A stretch of 62,948 nt of DNA, the filler included. It is 14 parts of 14 records of this genome, joined end to end, with 100 filler letters (N's around TTAATTAATTAA, not from the genome) between each part and the next. Parts side by side here need not be neighbours in the genome. Positions count along the whole stretch, not along the records: positions 10,228 to 13,360 come from SRR15195285_7677; positions 13,461 to 19,073 come from SRR15195285_7679; positions 19,174 to 23,814 come from SRR15195285_7682; 11 more parts are not named here. The stretch is one strand, 5' to 3'. Shown in pieces: positions 10,843-23,914 of the stretch. How positions within the stretch are numbered: position 1 is the first letter of the stretch; every line of letters starts with the position of its first letter. The position numbers and the translations under genes are program-made. The notes beneath the pieces are model-generated. The model was not told where the DNA came from. It worked only from the letters and a program-made list of their open reading frames with translations, and did no database searches.

Positions 10843-13098
10843 TCATTTGTTCGCAACGCACACCACCTGACTGCTGGGAGAATGCATCAGCTGCTGCTTC
10901 GCAGCGCCAGCTGTTCTTAATACCTCTAGCCAGGCGAAAAATCTCGCAAAAATCTCGCAAACGGCTTCAGGAACAACGAAGGACACGCCCAGCGTATTCA
11001 ATGCGATCGCCTTGGTAGCGCAGCCTGTTCGCAACTTGGCGCAGCTACACATTTCCAGACACGGCATCGCGCCGGCAACAACTCTCACCACCTCCCCAAC
11101 GATCGCCCAGATGCGTGCTGCGAGTCACCAGCAGTCCTGGCTCGAACGCCGGTTGCTGCAATTGCGAGAGGAGGGATTGCGACGCCCGTACCTCCTGGCT
11201 GGCAACCACCTGCGAGACCTCATTGGCCTGCATGTATGCCTGCACCTCTTTGGCCAGCTCGTGATCGGTCGGACTCTTGGGATTATCAAGCAGCGTGCTC
11301 GAGAGTGCGAGGTTGGATGTCCACGCTTGCTCGTTCCCTTTGCTTGTCAGGCTCGTTTGTTCGTGTCCATCCTTGTAGCGCTGGCGCTTTGCCACCGGCA
11401 CTGCGCTGCTGGTTGCCGTAGCGCTGTGGCTGTCGGAAGACCTCTTTTGTGAGTTGCACACGTTCTCCTTGTTGCTGCTACACGTTCGGTGTTCGATGTA
11501 ACTCGCACCAACCACGGTTGGCCGAGATGCAATATCTGGTTGCATGGGCACCATCGGTGATGTCATTCTCTGCAATTCCTTAGAGTGCATTTGCTGGTCC
11601 TGCATCTGCGTGACAATCCTCTGCATGCTGGGCAGCGACATAATGGGCGAAAACAAGGCAGGGTCCAATTTCAGTGTCGGGGCTAGCGTCCGTTCAGGTG
11701 ACTCAGGCTTGTCCATGATATCTTCAATCAGTGCTGTCGAGCCATCGCGTACAGCGAAGACCACACGCAAAGCCCACACATGATAAGTCAGCAGCTGGCA
11801 TAGCAGATTCACCGAACGTTTCTGCGGGGCAGAACCTCACGTTTGTCGGCTTTGTCCCTGGCTCTAGCGTCAGTCGGTGGCCCAAACAACGGAATCGGCA
11901 CAAACATCTGCATGGATCTAGATTCTAGACCGCTTTCCTCCCATGGCTCCTCATCACTGCTTTCCTCGGAACATTCCGCTTGTTCTACTGGTGAGGGCAT
12001 CGGCTCCACGGCGGTTCGGGCAGATTGGTTCGTTGCCACGACAGGGGCACCTTCGATCGTTGGCTCGTTCACTGTGTCCGTCGTGGGATCCTCGACACTC
12101 AGGGAATCGATAGTGGGAGAGTTGTAGTGGTTTTCGCACTGTTTCCACTTCAGATGCTCTACTGTGGCAGTAGCTACCCAGCGGCAGCCGCAGCTTTGAT
12201 CCCCTGCTCGTTTTCCCAGACTACAAAAGCAGAGTCGCTGCAGTCAGCACGCATGCCCCGACCCGAACAATGCTTGAAGTGCATACCTTGAGTTCCAGTG
12301 ATTCTTGATTGCATTGTCACAGCGGCCAGGTAGCAGCTTGGCAATCTCTACCCACTTGCTTCCCATCCTCCTGCGTGTGAGAACCGCACGTGCGGCGGTG
12401 CATGTGAGTAAGGGATTTGATGTCAGTGCATGACTCAAGTCGTGCGTCTGTGACCGTACGCATGGGCGCGAAGCAGCTCCTCCTCCTCAGCTTCGGTATA
12501 TGGCCCCTTACGGATGTCTGGGTCCAAGTGATTGAGCCATCTGCAATGACAGCGAAGGCTCAGTCAAGAGCGCGCAACGCGCGCTCAGCAACGAAGGGTC
12601 AGCGCTGCATTCAGCGCGCACCGCTCGCGGCACTGCTTGCCGAGTCTGCCGGGCAGGTGTGACGAAATGAATGACCATTTCTTCGCGCCATGCATTGCGA
12701 TAACCCCCCGCAGCGTGTCATCCTCTTCTTTGCTAAAGGGACCCTTGACAATGTCCGGGTCGAGCACCTGTGGCAAATCAGACATCGACAAAAGTGGCCT
12801 GTGTGAGCCCGGCGGCATTCGTTCTTCCCAGCGTGGCCCAGCCGTGTACCTTCTTCCAGCGATGCAGGCACTGGATGGCAGTCTTGCCGGGCAGGCTCTT
12901 TGCGATAATCTTCCATCCGCACGCGCCCTGAAGCTTCACCATGGCGCGCAGCTGCTCGTCCTGCGCGCAGAGTGGCATGTGGCGCAGCACCGGCGTCAGT
13001 GCGGGCTGCTGCAGCCGCCTGCAGGCACGCGAAGCAATCTCGGCGAGGACAGGCACCTCCTCCGGGGCCCAGCACGTCATCCACCGCCCGCCCGGCAT
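10843..13098 (-). CDS. MYB3R: Three-repeat (R1R2R3) MYB transcription factor, multi-exon; 3' end uncertain (may run to 10228)
   Basis: Exons 13098-13057, 12960-12850, 12767-12622, 12540-12460 and 12370-12287 give WAPEEDEQL...[24 protein letters not shown]...[19 protein letters not shown]...[23 protein letters not shown], collinear with c-Myb R1-R3. Confidence 0.9.
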
Positions 13099-13716
13099 TG
13101 GTGTCTGGCTCCGTGGCACGCAGATCGATCAGGCTGCTGCTGCTGATGTTGGTCAACAGTGGGCCGACCACTCGTTGTTCATCACTGGCACGAATGCTCG
13201 CATTGCTGAATTCGATGAATGAATCTTCCCTTCAGGCGCCGGAGAGTATTGCGCAGGCTTGGGTTACAAAATACGCCGAGTCCCGAGTGGTTTTGTTTCC
13301 CATTGGTGATTTGGTGTTCCCAGGTTGGTGGCAAGACAAGACAAGACAAGACAAGGTAGCNNNNNNNNNNNNNNNNNNNNNNNNNNNNNNNNNNNNNNNN
13401 NNNNTTAATTAATTAANNNNNNNNNNNNNNNNNNNNNNNNNNNNNNNNNNNNNNNNNNNNTCGGCGAGAGGTTTCTGGCGCTGTACGACTCGGCTAGGGG
13501 GCCCTCCGCTAGCCCTAGAGCGGGGTCGGAAAAGCCGTTTGCGATTAATATGATACGGAGTAGGTACGGTACTATACCCCTTGTGGTCGCCGGCATTTCG
13601 GTGATAGTATAGCAATCTGCGCTTTGTGGCGGTCGCTGCTGGCTAGTTGCGAGTCAGGGCATCAGCAGGCACGCCCCAGGGGGGAGGGCCGCGTTGCCCA
13701 CGCTGGCCGCGGGGTG

Positions 13717-16700
13717 ATGGAAGATGCGGGTTCTAGCCCCGAAGGTGGCCTTAGCGAGTGGAAGCCCTACGCCCGAGTTTTGCGCTGCGACGACGCCTCA
13801 GAGCCGATCTTCGCCTGCGAGGCGTTCCAGGCGCCGGGAGGGGGGTGGAAGCTGGCGACGGGCGGCAAGGACGGCAAGCTGCGCGTGTGGTGCGCTGAGA
13901 CTGGCAAATGCGATGTGGAAGAGGATGCGCACGATCGAGCGATCAGCGCGACGTGTGTTGTGCACGTCGACACAAGCCACCCGATCCGGTTGGTCACCGC
14001 TGGCGAGGACGGAAAAATTCTGCTGTGGGTGCTAGAAGGGCTGCCGGCGGAGCCAGTGGCCAAGCGCACAACTACCGTGAACATTGGTGGCGATAACGCG
14101 ATCACAGACTGTTGTCTACTTCCGATGCTCAGTGATGGTCATGTCAGAGTCTTGTGCGCGACGAAAAGCGGAAAGATCCAAGCGGTTGATTTGACAAAAG
14201 AGGGCGCAACGCTCGCCAGCGTCGAGACTCCACAGCATAATGCCATTTTCACCATCTCGACCAGCAAAGCATCCACAGAACTGCCACAGCTGGAAGGTTG
14301 GGAGGGATCCGAGGGTTGCACACAAGAAGTCCGTGTCGCCGGCGGGGGGCGGGACCCACAGGTGCGGATCTGGCGATTCTCAGCCGATGGCAAGGTCGCT
14401 GCTGAGGAGAGTCAAACACACAAGCACAACGGTGATGTTCGCGGCGTGGTCATCTTGGACGATGGGCTACAAGTGCTGTCTTGCTCGGGTGACCGCACGA
14501 CCGTGCTATCGCACATCGACAGTGGCTCTGCCATTGCTACGTTCGAGTGTGGAGCTGACGTTCACAGTTGCCGATTTATGAGTCGGGCTGAAACTGACGA
14601 GTTAGCCAGATACGGTTCGGGTCTGGTTCTGACATGCTCAAAGCAAGGTGCAATTCTGTGGGACATTGATACAACTGAGAAGCTCATGACGTACTGTGAT
14701 GCGCACGACCGGTCGATCGTCGCCAACTGCTGTACAATGCTTCAAGACGACAGCAATATCGCGCTTGGTAAGCCCGATGGCACTACGACGCTTGTGGACT
14801 TGCGAACTGGCCCCTCTGGCATACGTCTTGATCAAACGGACGGAGCACCTGGCGCCCAGAACGGCGTCTGCAAAGAGATCTGTGCGTTTACCGGTACAGA
14901 TGGAGATACCATGGCGTTGTCGTGTTCATATTCTGGTGTGCTTTCGGTCTGGAATGTATCGAAGGCGCAGCTGGTGCGAGAATACGAGGTTCTTACAGGC
15001 GAAAATTCCCAGCTGATGGACTGCGGCGTGCTTCCTACTACGGCAGGAGGCAGGGCTCGGCTGGTGACATGCGGAGGCGTAAACCAGGTCCTCTTCTATG
15101 GTGGCGAGGATTGGTCCACGCTTGATCAGGAATGGGTGTACAAAGGCCATGCGGACATTCCTCGAGGCGTTGCTATCTGCGCGAACGGAGAACGCGTAAT
15201 TAGTTGCTCCAAGGACAAAACCATTCATGTCATCGACGTGACAACAGACGAGCAAGGCCGAGTAACAGGTGGAGAGTGCGTGCGAATGCTCAAAGGTCAT
15301 GCCAGCCTAGTGGACCGGTGTTGCCTGTTTGAAGATGACAAGAAACTTCTTAGCGCTTCATGGGACAAAACCGCAAAGGTGTGGGACCTAAGTTCCGGGC
15401 AATGCATTCAAACCTTGGAAGGAAATGGCGACAAGCTGAGAGGCTGTGCAACGTTCGAAAACGGCATGCGGGCCGTTGCTGTCGGATCGGGCAGTACCAT
15501 GTGCGTGTGGGACCTCGACCTGCAAGGTTCACAGGACAGCATCCAGCCCAAGGTGCAGATTCCAACGGGACATACGAGCACAATATGGGGATTGGTATTG
15601 AAAGAGCGCGAAAACTTTGATGCTCCGCTGGTCATCACCTACAGCAACGACCGCACCATCAAGTGCTGGGATCTGACACCTGGCAAGGAGCACGAACTCG
15701 TTGGGGGTCGGCGGGCCTTAGAGAACCAACCGATGTGCGTAGCTGCCGTTGAGCCGGCGTTTCTGCACGGTCAGTTCTGCATCCTGGCTGGGTCCGTGGA
15801 CGAGATTTGGATGATCGATCAGAGCAGCATTCACACAAACCCATCTGCTGGCGCGGTCTGGGACGCACGAACCAGGGTCTCGCATGCCGACTTTGTGAGA
15901 TGGATCGCAGACTCGATCAAGGAATTTTCAGGGCATTGGCTGTACACGAGATGGCGAGATGATGGCTTTACGTTCGTCCACAAATTGACCTGTACCGGTA
16001 AGGATGAACACTCTGATAAATTCGGGCCTGAAGACGCCGTGCGCGTGCTGAAGGGGATAATGGAAGTGTTTGATACTGAGCGTGACGCGCTGACGGTCGG
16101 GGAGTACATTGGAGACAAATCTGACAAAGCTTTGTCGACGATTGGGCTACTGTCACGCTCTGGAAACGCAGATGGATATTGTGAAGAGACCGGCTGCCCA
16201 GTCTCTGCATTGACACTGGCCATTCTAGACGGTAACGAGGATATGGTCTCGCTTCTGCTCGATGACTACCGCCTTCAGATCGTTGTCGCGAACACTGACC
16301 TCCCGGCGATACAGTACAACTATAGGTCGGTCACGGAGCTCAGAGAAGCTGTGCTTGTGCGCCTATTCGAGAAGTTCCCGTCGCTCGCATCGGAGTTTCT
16401 CTGTAACCTCCAGCTCCTACGCACGGAGGATCTAGTGATGCGAGGAAGCAAGTGCTCGTTTGACTCAGACCCAAACAGCGCAGACGAGCAGCTCATGATC
16501 GGGCAGCTGTCTGGGGACAAGGTGCCATCGCCTGGGGCTAATCGGTCATCGAAGTGGTTGGACGACTGCATAGACACTATTTGGGCGGAATCAGGGAGGA
16601 AAAGCAGCCGGATACAAACTCGTCAACAGGATTCAGCTTGGGGCGAACGCGTCTGGTCGCACATGGTGCCTATTAGAGGGACCTTGGACAAACGAGAGCG

Positions 16701-18368
16701 GAAAGCGCTGCTCAGCCGTCATGCTGAGAACGCGGGAAATCAGCAGGCAGCACCAACAGAAAACAGCTGCAAGAGTTCGGAGCAGAACCCCTGTCGTAAA
16801 CTTGGCTATACGAGCGTCGCAGACACAATAAGCGATGAGCAGAACGAGGAGGAACAAAGGGAATCATCGCTATGTGGGTGGTGCTCCAAAGCATCTCACT
16901 GGGATGAGAACCACCAGCCACCCTTCACCCGCCTTTTAATCGCCGTTTTAGAGGCCGACCGGGCCAGCGGTGGACACAGCGGCGTCTTGTCTGCGCATGT
17001 GATTTATCAAATTGTCATGTACAAGTGGACTCCCCGTGGCGAAAAGGTGGTAGAGATGATCCACGCGATGTTTGCATCTTACGTCATCTACGTCATCCTT
17101 CTGACGGGTACCCTGATTTTCTTCCTGGATTCTCACGACGTGTCTATGCACGACGAGCCTGACCTGTGCGCTGTCGTTTCGTATTACGGGGTGTGGGGCT
17201 CTTTGGCTTTCTGCTCTGTCTACGTCTGCCTTCAGCTTTGGCATGAAGTGCTTCAGCTGCAAATCCTCGGGCGCGCATACTTCTCTGATCCGTTTAACAT
17301 TATCGACTGGTTAGCCGGCCTGCTTGGATTATTCTCCTTCGTTGCGATCTATCTACATACAAAGTTCCCGATGACAGTGGATCAGATTAATCTGCTGGAA
17401 ACGTGCGCCTCACAAGGTTTGCTCCTCTCGTGGGTTAAGGTTCTCTATTTTCTGAAAGGTACGCTGACAGTCGCGTCCTGCTACCTACATTGCAATTGCC
17501 TGCTGGTGCTGCCATCGTTCTGCCCTTGTGCTGCTGACCCCAACGCGCCGCGGCAGGTATGGACAGCACCACCTGGATCGTGCACATGCTTTTCTCCATC
17601 ATTTCAAACATTAAGACCTTTATCATGGTCTTATTCATCATCTTATTTGCGTTCGGGGCATCCTTTCATCTGCTCTTGAGACAGAGCGACGCGGTCGTTG
17701 CGGGTGGTGACAATGCCAACGTTGCTGGTCAGGCTGGCAACCAGAGTGCCGTGTCTGGATTGACCGTGTATGATGATACTGCGTTAGCTTTCGTGGGCGT
17801 CTACAACATGATGTTCGGACAATTCGAGTATGAAGATTTTACAAGCGCCCCCAAATACCCAGCAGTCGCAATCATGAACTTTGTCGTGTTCATGCTGCTT
17901 GTCCCCACGGTGATGCTCAACGCACTGGTCGCCTTCATGAATGGCATGTACGATCAACTCAAGTGCGGGCAGGCAGGGGTGATCCTAGAGGAGAGGCTGT
18001 CCTTGATCCTCGAGTTTGAAGCTAACATGCGCTTCAATGAGCACTGCGCCGAATACTCGACCCGGTGGAAGCAGCTCTATACGATTTTGTCGCTCCAGAT
18101 TCCCTTCTCTACCAGGCACCCCTATCTCCACCTGATTGGTCCGCAGATGTCGGCTACTGCCGCGGTGACTCAGTCCCAGCGCAAAAACCGAAGGGAGCGT
18201 GACATGCAGCGCGAGGTGACGCACCTCTTGGATGAGCATATTGCATTAGCAGAGCAAGTCGTAACTTTGCAGAACGATATGAAGGAGATGCAGAAGTCTA
18301 TTGTGACTGATATGCATAGCATGCAGGCCGACATCGTCGACATCAAGACACGTGGAACAAAGACGTAG
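13717..18368 (+). CDS. WD40-repeat / TRP-type cation channel fusion
   Basis: Many GH...WD repeats (e.g. LKGHASLVDRCCLFEDDKKLLSASWDKTAKVWD) and an ankyrin-like SALTLAILDGNEDMVSLLL. The 6-TM region has YFSDPFNIIDW, pore MMFGQFEY and S6 VMLNALVAFMNGMYD, followed by a coiled coil. One intron, 17459-17556. Confidence 0.88.
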
Positions 18369-19718
18369 CGAACCCCAAGTGTCGACATGAATGTTGCCGA
18401 TTGAGCAGGCTGGAGCATGAAATGGCACACACGCCACACACGCGTTTCCAAAATGTTTGTGCCCCCGTGTGTGGCCTGGAAGTGCAGAGTTCTTGCAGCA
18501 ATCCCTGTTGAATATCTGATTACACAAATATACAGGACTGTGTCGATACCAGTACGCGCCATGCCCACAGACACTACATACATTCACATACATCACATTC
18601 ATATGCTGCCACTTCAGGGGAATCGATTGCGCCGCGAGGGCTCCGTTATGCTCCTGACTAAGCTAGCATAGTAGGGAGGCGTGCAACAAGGTGGATGTAG
18701 CAACATGCTGTTCCCGGTGGGCTAAGTCGGAACGCTCAGCATGCGCAAGCAATCTGGGTCCCAGATGACTTCTCACTTAGCAACCCCTGCTGTGGCTCTC
18801 TCTCACAATATACACTCCTTAACCTCTTCTATTAAGTACTCCACCACGCATTCCAAGCTTGCTCTTTAGACGATCAACTCCTTCCGAAATCCCATCTCCA
18901 GTCACTATACTCGAGGGTCGCATGATTTTCAAGTTGTGAAAATATAGATCTTGCGGAGGAATCCGTCAGCTCGCGGGTGTGGCGCCGTGTGCGTCTGCGC
19001 TCTTTCTGTGGCAGCTGTCTCTGTTGACAGCCTAGCCTATCCTATAAAGCCCCAAGCTTGTGTTTAAGCTCTGNNNNNNNNNNNNNNNNNNNNNNNNNNN
19101 NNNNNNNNNNNNNNNNNTTAATTAATTAANNNNNNNNNNNNNNNNNNNNNNNNNNNNNNNNNNNNNNNNNNNNCAGTGACCAACCCATCAGAGTCTCCCC
19201 TTGCTCTGTCCACGACTCCGAAATGCTGACCATCTGCCCCTGCACACTCGTGCAGGTCGGGAGAGAGAATTCGACCGTTCCTCGGTGACGTAAGTGCGCG
19301 CTAGCTAGGGATCCCTACTATGAATTGCAAACTGATTTGTCTGTTTAGCCACAGGAAGGAATAAACTCATCGATCCCTAGCCCTTCCTGTACGGTAGCAC
19401 GCGTGTACCGGAACACTACGGTAGACTACCGGTATCCATTGTACAGCTGTACGCGGTGTGGTATGGTACCAGGTACCAGGTACCTTGTCATGAACAGTAC
19501 TCTGAGTACGGTAGACGTTCTCGGCTTGCAGTGCTGAAGGTGGCATTTACGGTAGCGAACCACAAGGCGCCCGCGTTGTCGCCGTGCAACAAGCTGGTCG
19601 CCCTGTTTTTGATCACAGAGTGTGGACTGCAGGCGCGGTGGTGGTGCGTGGGTGCGGAGCTGCTGCTGCGTCGTCTCGTGTGGCGGTTGGCTGGCTCCCT
19701 GCGGGCGCTGGGTTCGGG

Positions 19719-20753
19719 ATGGACAACGACGCGGAGCTCCAGCTTGCGTTGATGCTGTCGCTGCAGCAGTCGGACGAGAACACAGACCCGGCGGCGCTGC
19801 CCTCCTCGGGCTCGGCGACGGCCACGTGCCAGCAAGGGCAGCCGAACGGCAGCCCGACGCCTGTGGCGGACGACGACGACACCCCAGTCGGGCGCAACAT
19901 CATGCCCGCGGACTCGCCGCACTTTCATGCGCCGCAGAAGTCCAACAAGCGCTCGCACCTCGGAGACGTCTCCGGGCCGTTGCAGATGAAATTGCCGAAG
20001 GCGGCCAAGCTGAACAACGCGTCTGCAGACACTGCAGAGGTCTTCCGGCAAGCTGTCGCGCGTCGTTGGGGCTCGTACCTCGTTCAGATGGGCGAGCACG
20101 AGCTGGCTTCGGCGTGTGTCGACGCACGCCAGGCCAGTGGCCAGCCCATGAGCGCAGCCGAGCGCGCGCAAAGCCTCGCGGCGTGCCGCGAGCTGCTGGG
20201 CTCAGGCGCTCTGCCGATGTCACCCTCCGGGCTGCACTTCAGCCGACAGCTGACGCACCTGTGTAGCGCGGACGGCGCAGCGCAGCTCGAAGCATTGCTG
20301 CGGCCAACGGTCACTGCCATTGTTGCTCCGGCGGAGCCGTCGGAGCCTGACCCACGTGACTTTGCGCTGTCCGACGCCGAACGTGGCGAGGCTGCCCTAC
20401 GCGAAGACGCGCAGCAGCAAGCGGCTGTGGCAGCCGAGGCCGCGAAGGCGTCGCGTGCGCAGGACGCTGCCCCTGCCTCCCTGGCTGGCAGCGGAGCCGG
20501 TGGCGCTGGCGACAAGCCGACCAAGAAAAAGCCGAAGAAGCGGAACCGGTGCGAGTTCTGCCGCAAGAAGGTCGGGCTCCTCGGCTTCGACTGCCGGTGC
20601 GGTGGAGTGTTCTGCGGCGCGCATCGGATGACCGGTGCCCACTCCTGCACTTTCGAGGCGCAGCGCAAGGCAGAGCAGAAGGCACAGCTGCAGAAAAACC
20701 TCGACTCGGCGGCGGCGAACATTGACGTGGAGCACCGCTTCGAGAAGATCTAG
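19719..20753 (+). CDS. AN1-type zinc-finger protein with N-terminal UIM-like motif
   Basis: N-terminal DAELQLALMLSLQQ (UIM pattern); C-terminal NRCEFCRKKVGLLGFDCRCGGVFCGAHRMTGAHSC (AN1 finger). Confidence 0.88.
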   Translation: MDNDAELQLALMLSLQQSDENTDPAALPSSGSATATCQQGQPNGSPTPVADDDDTPVGRNIMPADSPHFHAPQKSNKRSHLGDVSGPLQMKLPKAAKLNNASADTAEVFRQAVARRWGSYLVQMGEHELASACVDARQASGQPMSAAERAQSLAACRELLGSGALPMSPSGLHFSRQLTHLCSADGAAQLEALLRPTVTAIVAPAEPSEPDPRDFALSDAERGEAALREDAQQQAAVAAEAAKASRAQDAAPASLAGSGAGGAGDKPTKKKPKKRNRCEFCRKKVGLLGFDCRCGGVFCGAHRMTGAHSCTFEAQRKAEQKAQLQKNLDSAAANIDVEHRFEKI

Positions 20754-20775
20754 AGCACCGCTTCGAGAAGATCTA
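20730..20775 (+). repeat. Perfect 23-bp tandem duplication across the AN1 stop codon
   Basis: GAGCACCGCTTCGAGAAGATCTA occurs twice in tandem. Confidence 0.95.
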
Positions 20776-20874
20776 GACGCGCGTTCGCACGGGCAGTGGG
20801 CCCACAGCGCTGGTAAGGCCTGTTGGCGGCGGCTTGATGCAGTTAGGCTCAACCGTAGAATGAAAGGGTCCAAA

Positions 20875-23590
20875 TTACTTGGACAGCAGTGCGATGACCT
20901 CTTCTCTGCCAAAGCGCTTCGCAACCTGCAACACGCGCCACGCGACACAGACCTCACAGCACCGCCAGTGAAAATAGAGGCCTACTCTGTGGCTATAATT
21001 TCGCGAAGCCAATTGCACAGGTGTACGCACGTCCAGCGGGGTTTCCTCGCAATCGTCTTGCAGTGCTGGGTTAGCTCCTGCCTCGAGCAGCAGCGCTGCC
21101 GCTTCTGCTTGGCCGTTAGCTGCTGCTGAGTGCAGTGGTGTCGCATCAGAGTGGTTGGTGCAGGACACCAGCTCTAGACCTACCCCTCTGCCCTCAGCAA
21201 GCAGCCAATCGACGCATTTCATGTGGCCCTTCGCAGATACCCAATGCAGAGCTGTGTTCCCTGTGAATGAGTACGAGGTGCCTTTGCCTTGGCTGCTTAG
21301 GACAGCCGTTGCGTCGCCTCTCTTGTCTTCGATCCATGCGCGCAGCAATTCTTGCATTTGTTCGAGCTCGCCAGCTTTCGCCGCGTCCAACCAGCGCTTC
21401 CCGTCGCCTTTGGGAAGCGTCTGGGCAGTTTCCGTCTGATCAGATGCATTCGCTGAACCATTCGCCTCACCCGCACCCTTCTCTTTGGCTCTGTTGCTGC
21501 TATCGAGAGACGTCGATGTGGCAGCGAGGAGCGTTGCTGGAAGGCCAGCATCAAGATCGTACCACTGTTGGTGCATGAGCAGGCTTCGTGCGATGAGGCT
21601 GAAGCGCTCTGGAAGGCTTAGCTTCATCGCTCTCTCTCGAGTGAGCAGCTGCTCGCCGGAAACATCGTGGACGCTCTTGACGTCTGCTCGACAGAATGTC
21701 ACCTTCAGAAATATCATCGGTGGCAGCCACAATCACGAGCACAGCGACATGACATCAGTCAGCGAGCACGCCCGCAGATTAGCACTGCTGGATTGGACTG
21801 TGCACACGTGTGCGTACAGCTATAGAGGCGCGTGGTGGAACCTTTGAATCTGCAGATGCTCGAGCACCCCTGTACGTCTCAGCGTGGAATCGTGTAAACA
21901 CGTAGATGCGATTCGAGATTTAGCTTCGTGGTGATGGTCTGGCACGTACTCACCAGTGAATCGAGTTCCCTGCCCACATACACACTTCGCCTGGTTCGAC
22001 TGGGGCAAGCGGGCGTGCAGCCGTTAGATCAAAGCGACACTCGGTCACGACGCTGGCAGCTACAGTGTCCTCATCCTCGTCTGCACGGGCTGTCGCAGCA
22101 CGCAAGTGGGAGAAAGCCCCAGATTTGTCGAAGCAAGAGTCAAACTCTGCGGGAACCACATCTGTTCGCACATCCATACAAATCAGCGCACCCAGCATTA
22201 GATCCAATTTGCACATGAAAATGAGAATCGTTCCCATGACTACGATAATTATGTGCGTACACATGCAGCCGTTGTCGGTGCGAACAGGAGTCAGCGGCAT
22301 CCAGGTGCTTAGAACACGTGGAAGCTGTCCACCCGCACTGCCTACTGTTCCTTCTCTCGCTGAATCTGGCAGCATATTCGATACGTCATTGTTTCTCTCC
22401 ACCTCGCTACCATATGCCTCGTCGTAGGAAAAGTCACGGTGAGGAAGCCCGAAGTTGCCGCCGATGTAACCCCGCTTGCCTGTCACTCCCTTGCCTGAGT
22501 TGGCGGGGGCAGTGCTTGACTGTTCTGCACGTCTTGCAGCGACAGGGTCTGCCCCAACCCATCAACACACAGTCGGTCACTCCGCAAATGGCTCGCTTCC
22601 GCTTGATTGACAAATGCTTGAGTGGCATGGTGCACAGAGAGAACCCATAGATCAAGATCAGCAGTGGGACTACGTACCTAGAGCCCATGCGAAGACGGAC
22701 GGTTCGAGGACACAGCCCGGACCAAGCACCTGTTCAGCTACCCCCCACATTCCATCTAACAGCTCCCATGCTTCGTCAAACACAAAGCAGAACGCTGCGG
22801 GCCAGCCGGAGCTTTTGAGCTGCCTCATGAGCACCTGGACCGTCCCCAGATTCGACCGCCCTGAGCAGCTCCACGACGGTGAGTGCGCTATAGCATACCC
22901 CGGTCCACACAGTGCGCCAATAACCCGTTCTGCTTCAACGGAATCGACACGTACTCTGCCGTCTCCTACTGATCCCCAGTGCTGGGACCCGGGTGCGAGG
23001 ATAGCCGCGCTCAGCGCCAAGATGGTGCCGACCCAGGGCAGATGTGGAGTGGGCACCAGCCGGTGCACCGCGAAGGATGCCGCCGCGGCGATCCCAAACG
23101 GCACGCCAGAAGACGGCTCCGGTGATGTGGTTGTTGGCATTCCTGCTCCCCCGGAGTCACCGCAGACCTTCACACCGATAGTGGCGGAGAGCCTGAGCCA
23201 GAACTCCGGAGTGAGGAGCTCACTGTTCAGTGGAGAAGATTGGCGTTCGTGTTTCCTGCCGACCCCTCCCGGTAGGTACTGGTCAACCACCCAGCGAAGC
23301 GCAGACGCGGCGCCTGCAGGAGCATCTGCAGCCTTCCGACTGTCAGCTGCAAGTATTCGGGTGTAGGCCTGCCCCGCGTCCGCGGTCGCAGCGATCTCCT
23401 TGAGCTGGCCAAGACGTTGGTCGATGACCGCCATGACCTCGGGCTCACTCGTGACGCTCCGGATCAGCTCGAGCGTCCGCCGCTCATCCTGCTGCGCTGC
23501 TGAGCCGCCTCCGTCCGCCTTTGCGAAGAGACTCGCGAGCTTGCGAACCGCTGCCGCCTGGCGCTCGCGCTTTCGCGTCTCCTCGGCCAT
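20875..23590 (-). CDS. PhyH-like Fe(II)/2OG dioxygenase fused to C-terminal ankyrin repeats, multi-exon
   Basis: GWPAAFCFVFDEAW...PHRD...STWMPLTPVRTDNGCM...MWAGNSIHW (HxD...H), then GNTALHWVSAKGH, TPLHSAAANGQ and ETPLD|VAKRFG. The single-gene model is inferred from the splice sites. Confidence 0.72.
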
Positions 23591-23914
23591 CGATCGCGCT
23601 GCCGTGTCCGAAGTCGCCCTGCTCTGTCCGCGACGAGCGACTCGTCGCCGGACTCGCCGTCCGGCGTCCGGCGCGCGCGCGGAGTCGCGCCGCCGCCGGT
23701 AGATCATAGATCAATATAATATAATGATATATAGGACAATGTATGTATCGCGCGCTCGCCCGCGCGCGCCCCGCGGGGTCGGTTTATGATACTCAGGCAG
23801 TACCCAGGTTGAGGNNNNNNNNNNNNNNNNNNNNNNNNNNNNNNNNNNNNNNNNNNNNTTAATTAATTAANNNNNNNNNNNNNNNNNNNNNNNNNNNNNN
23901 NNNNNNNNNNNNNN

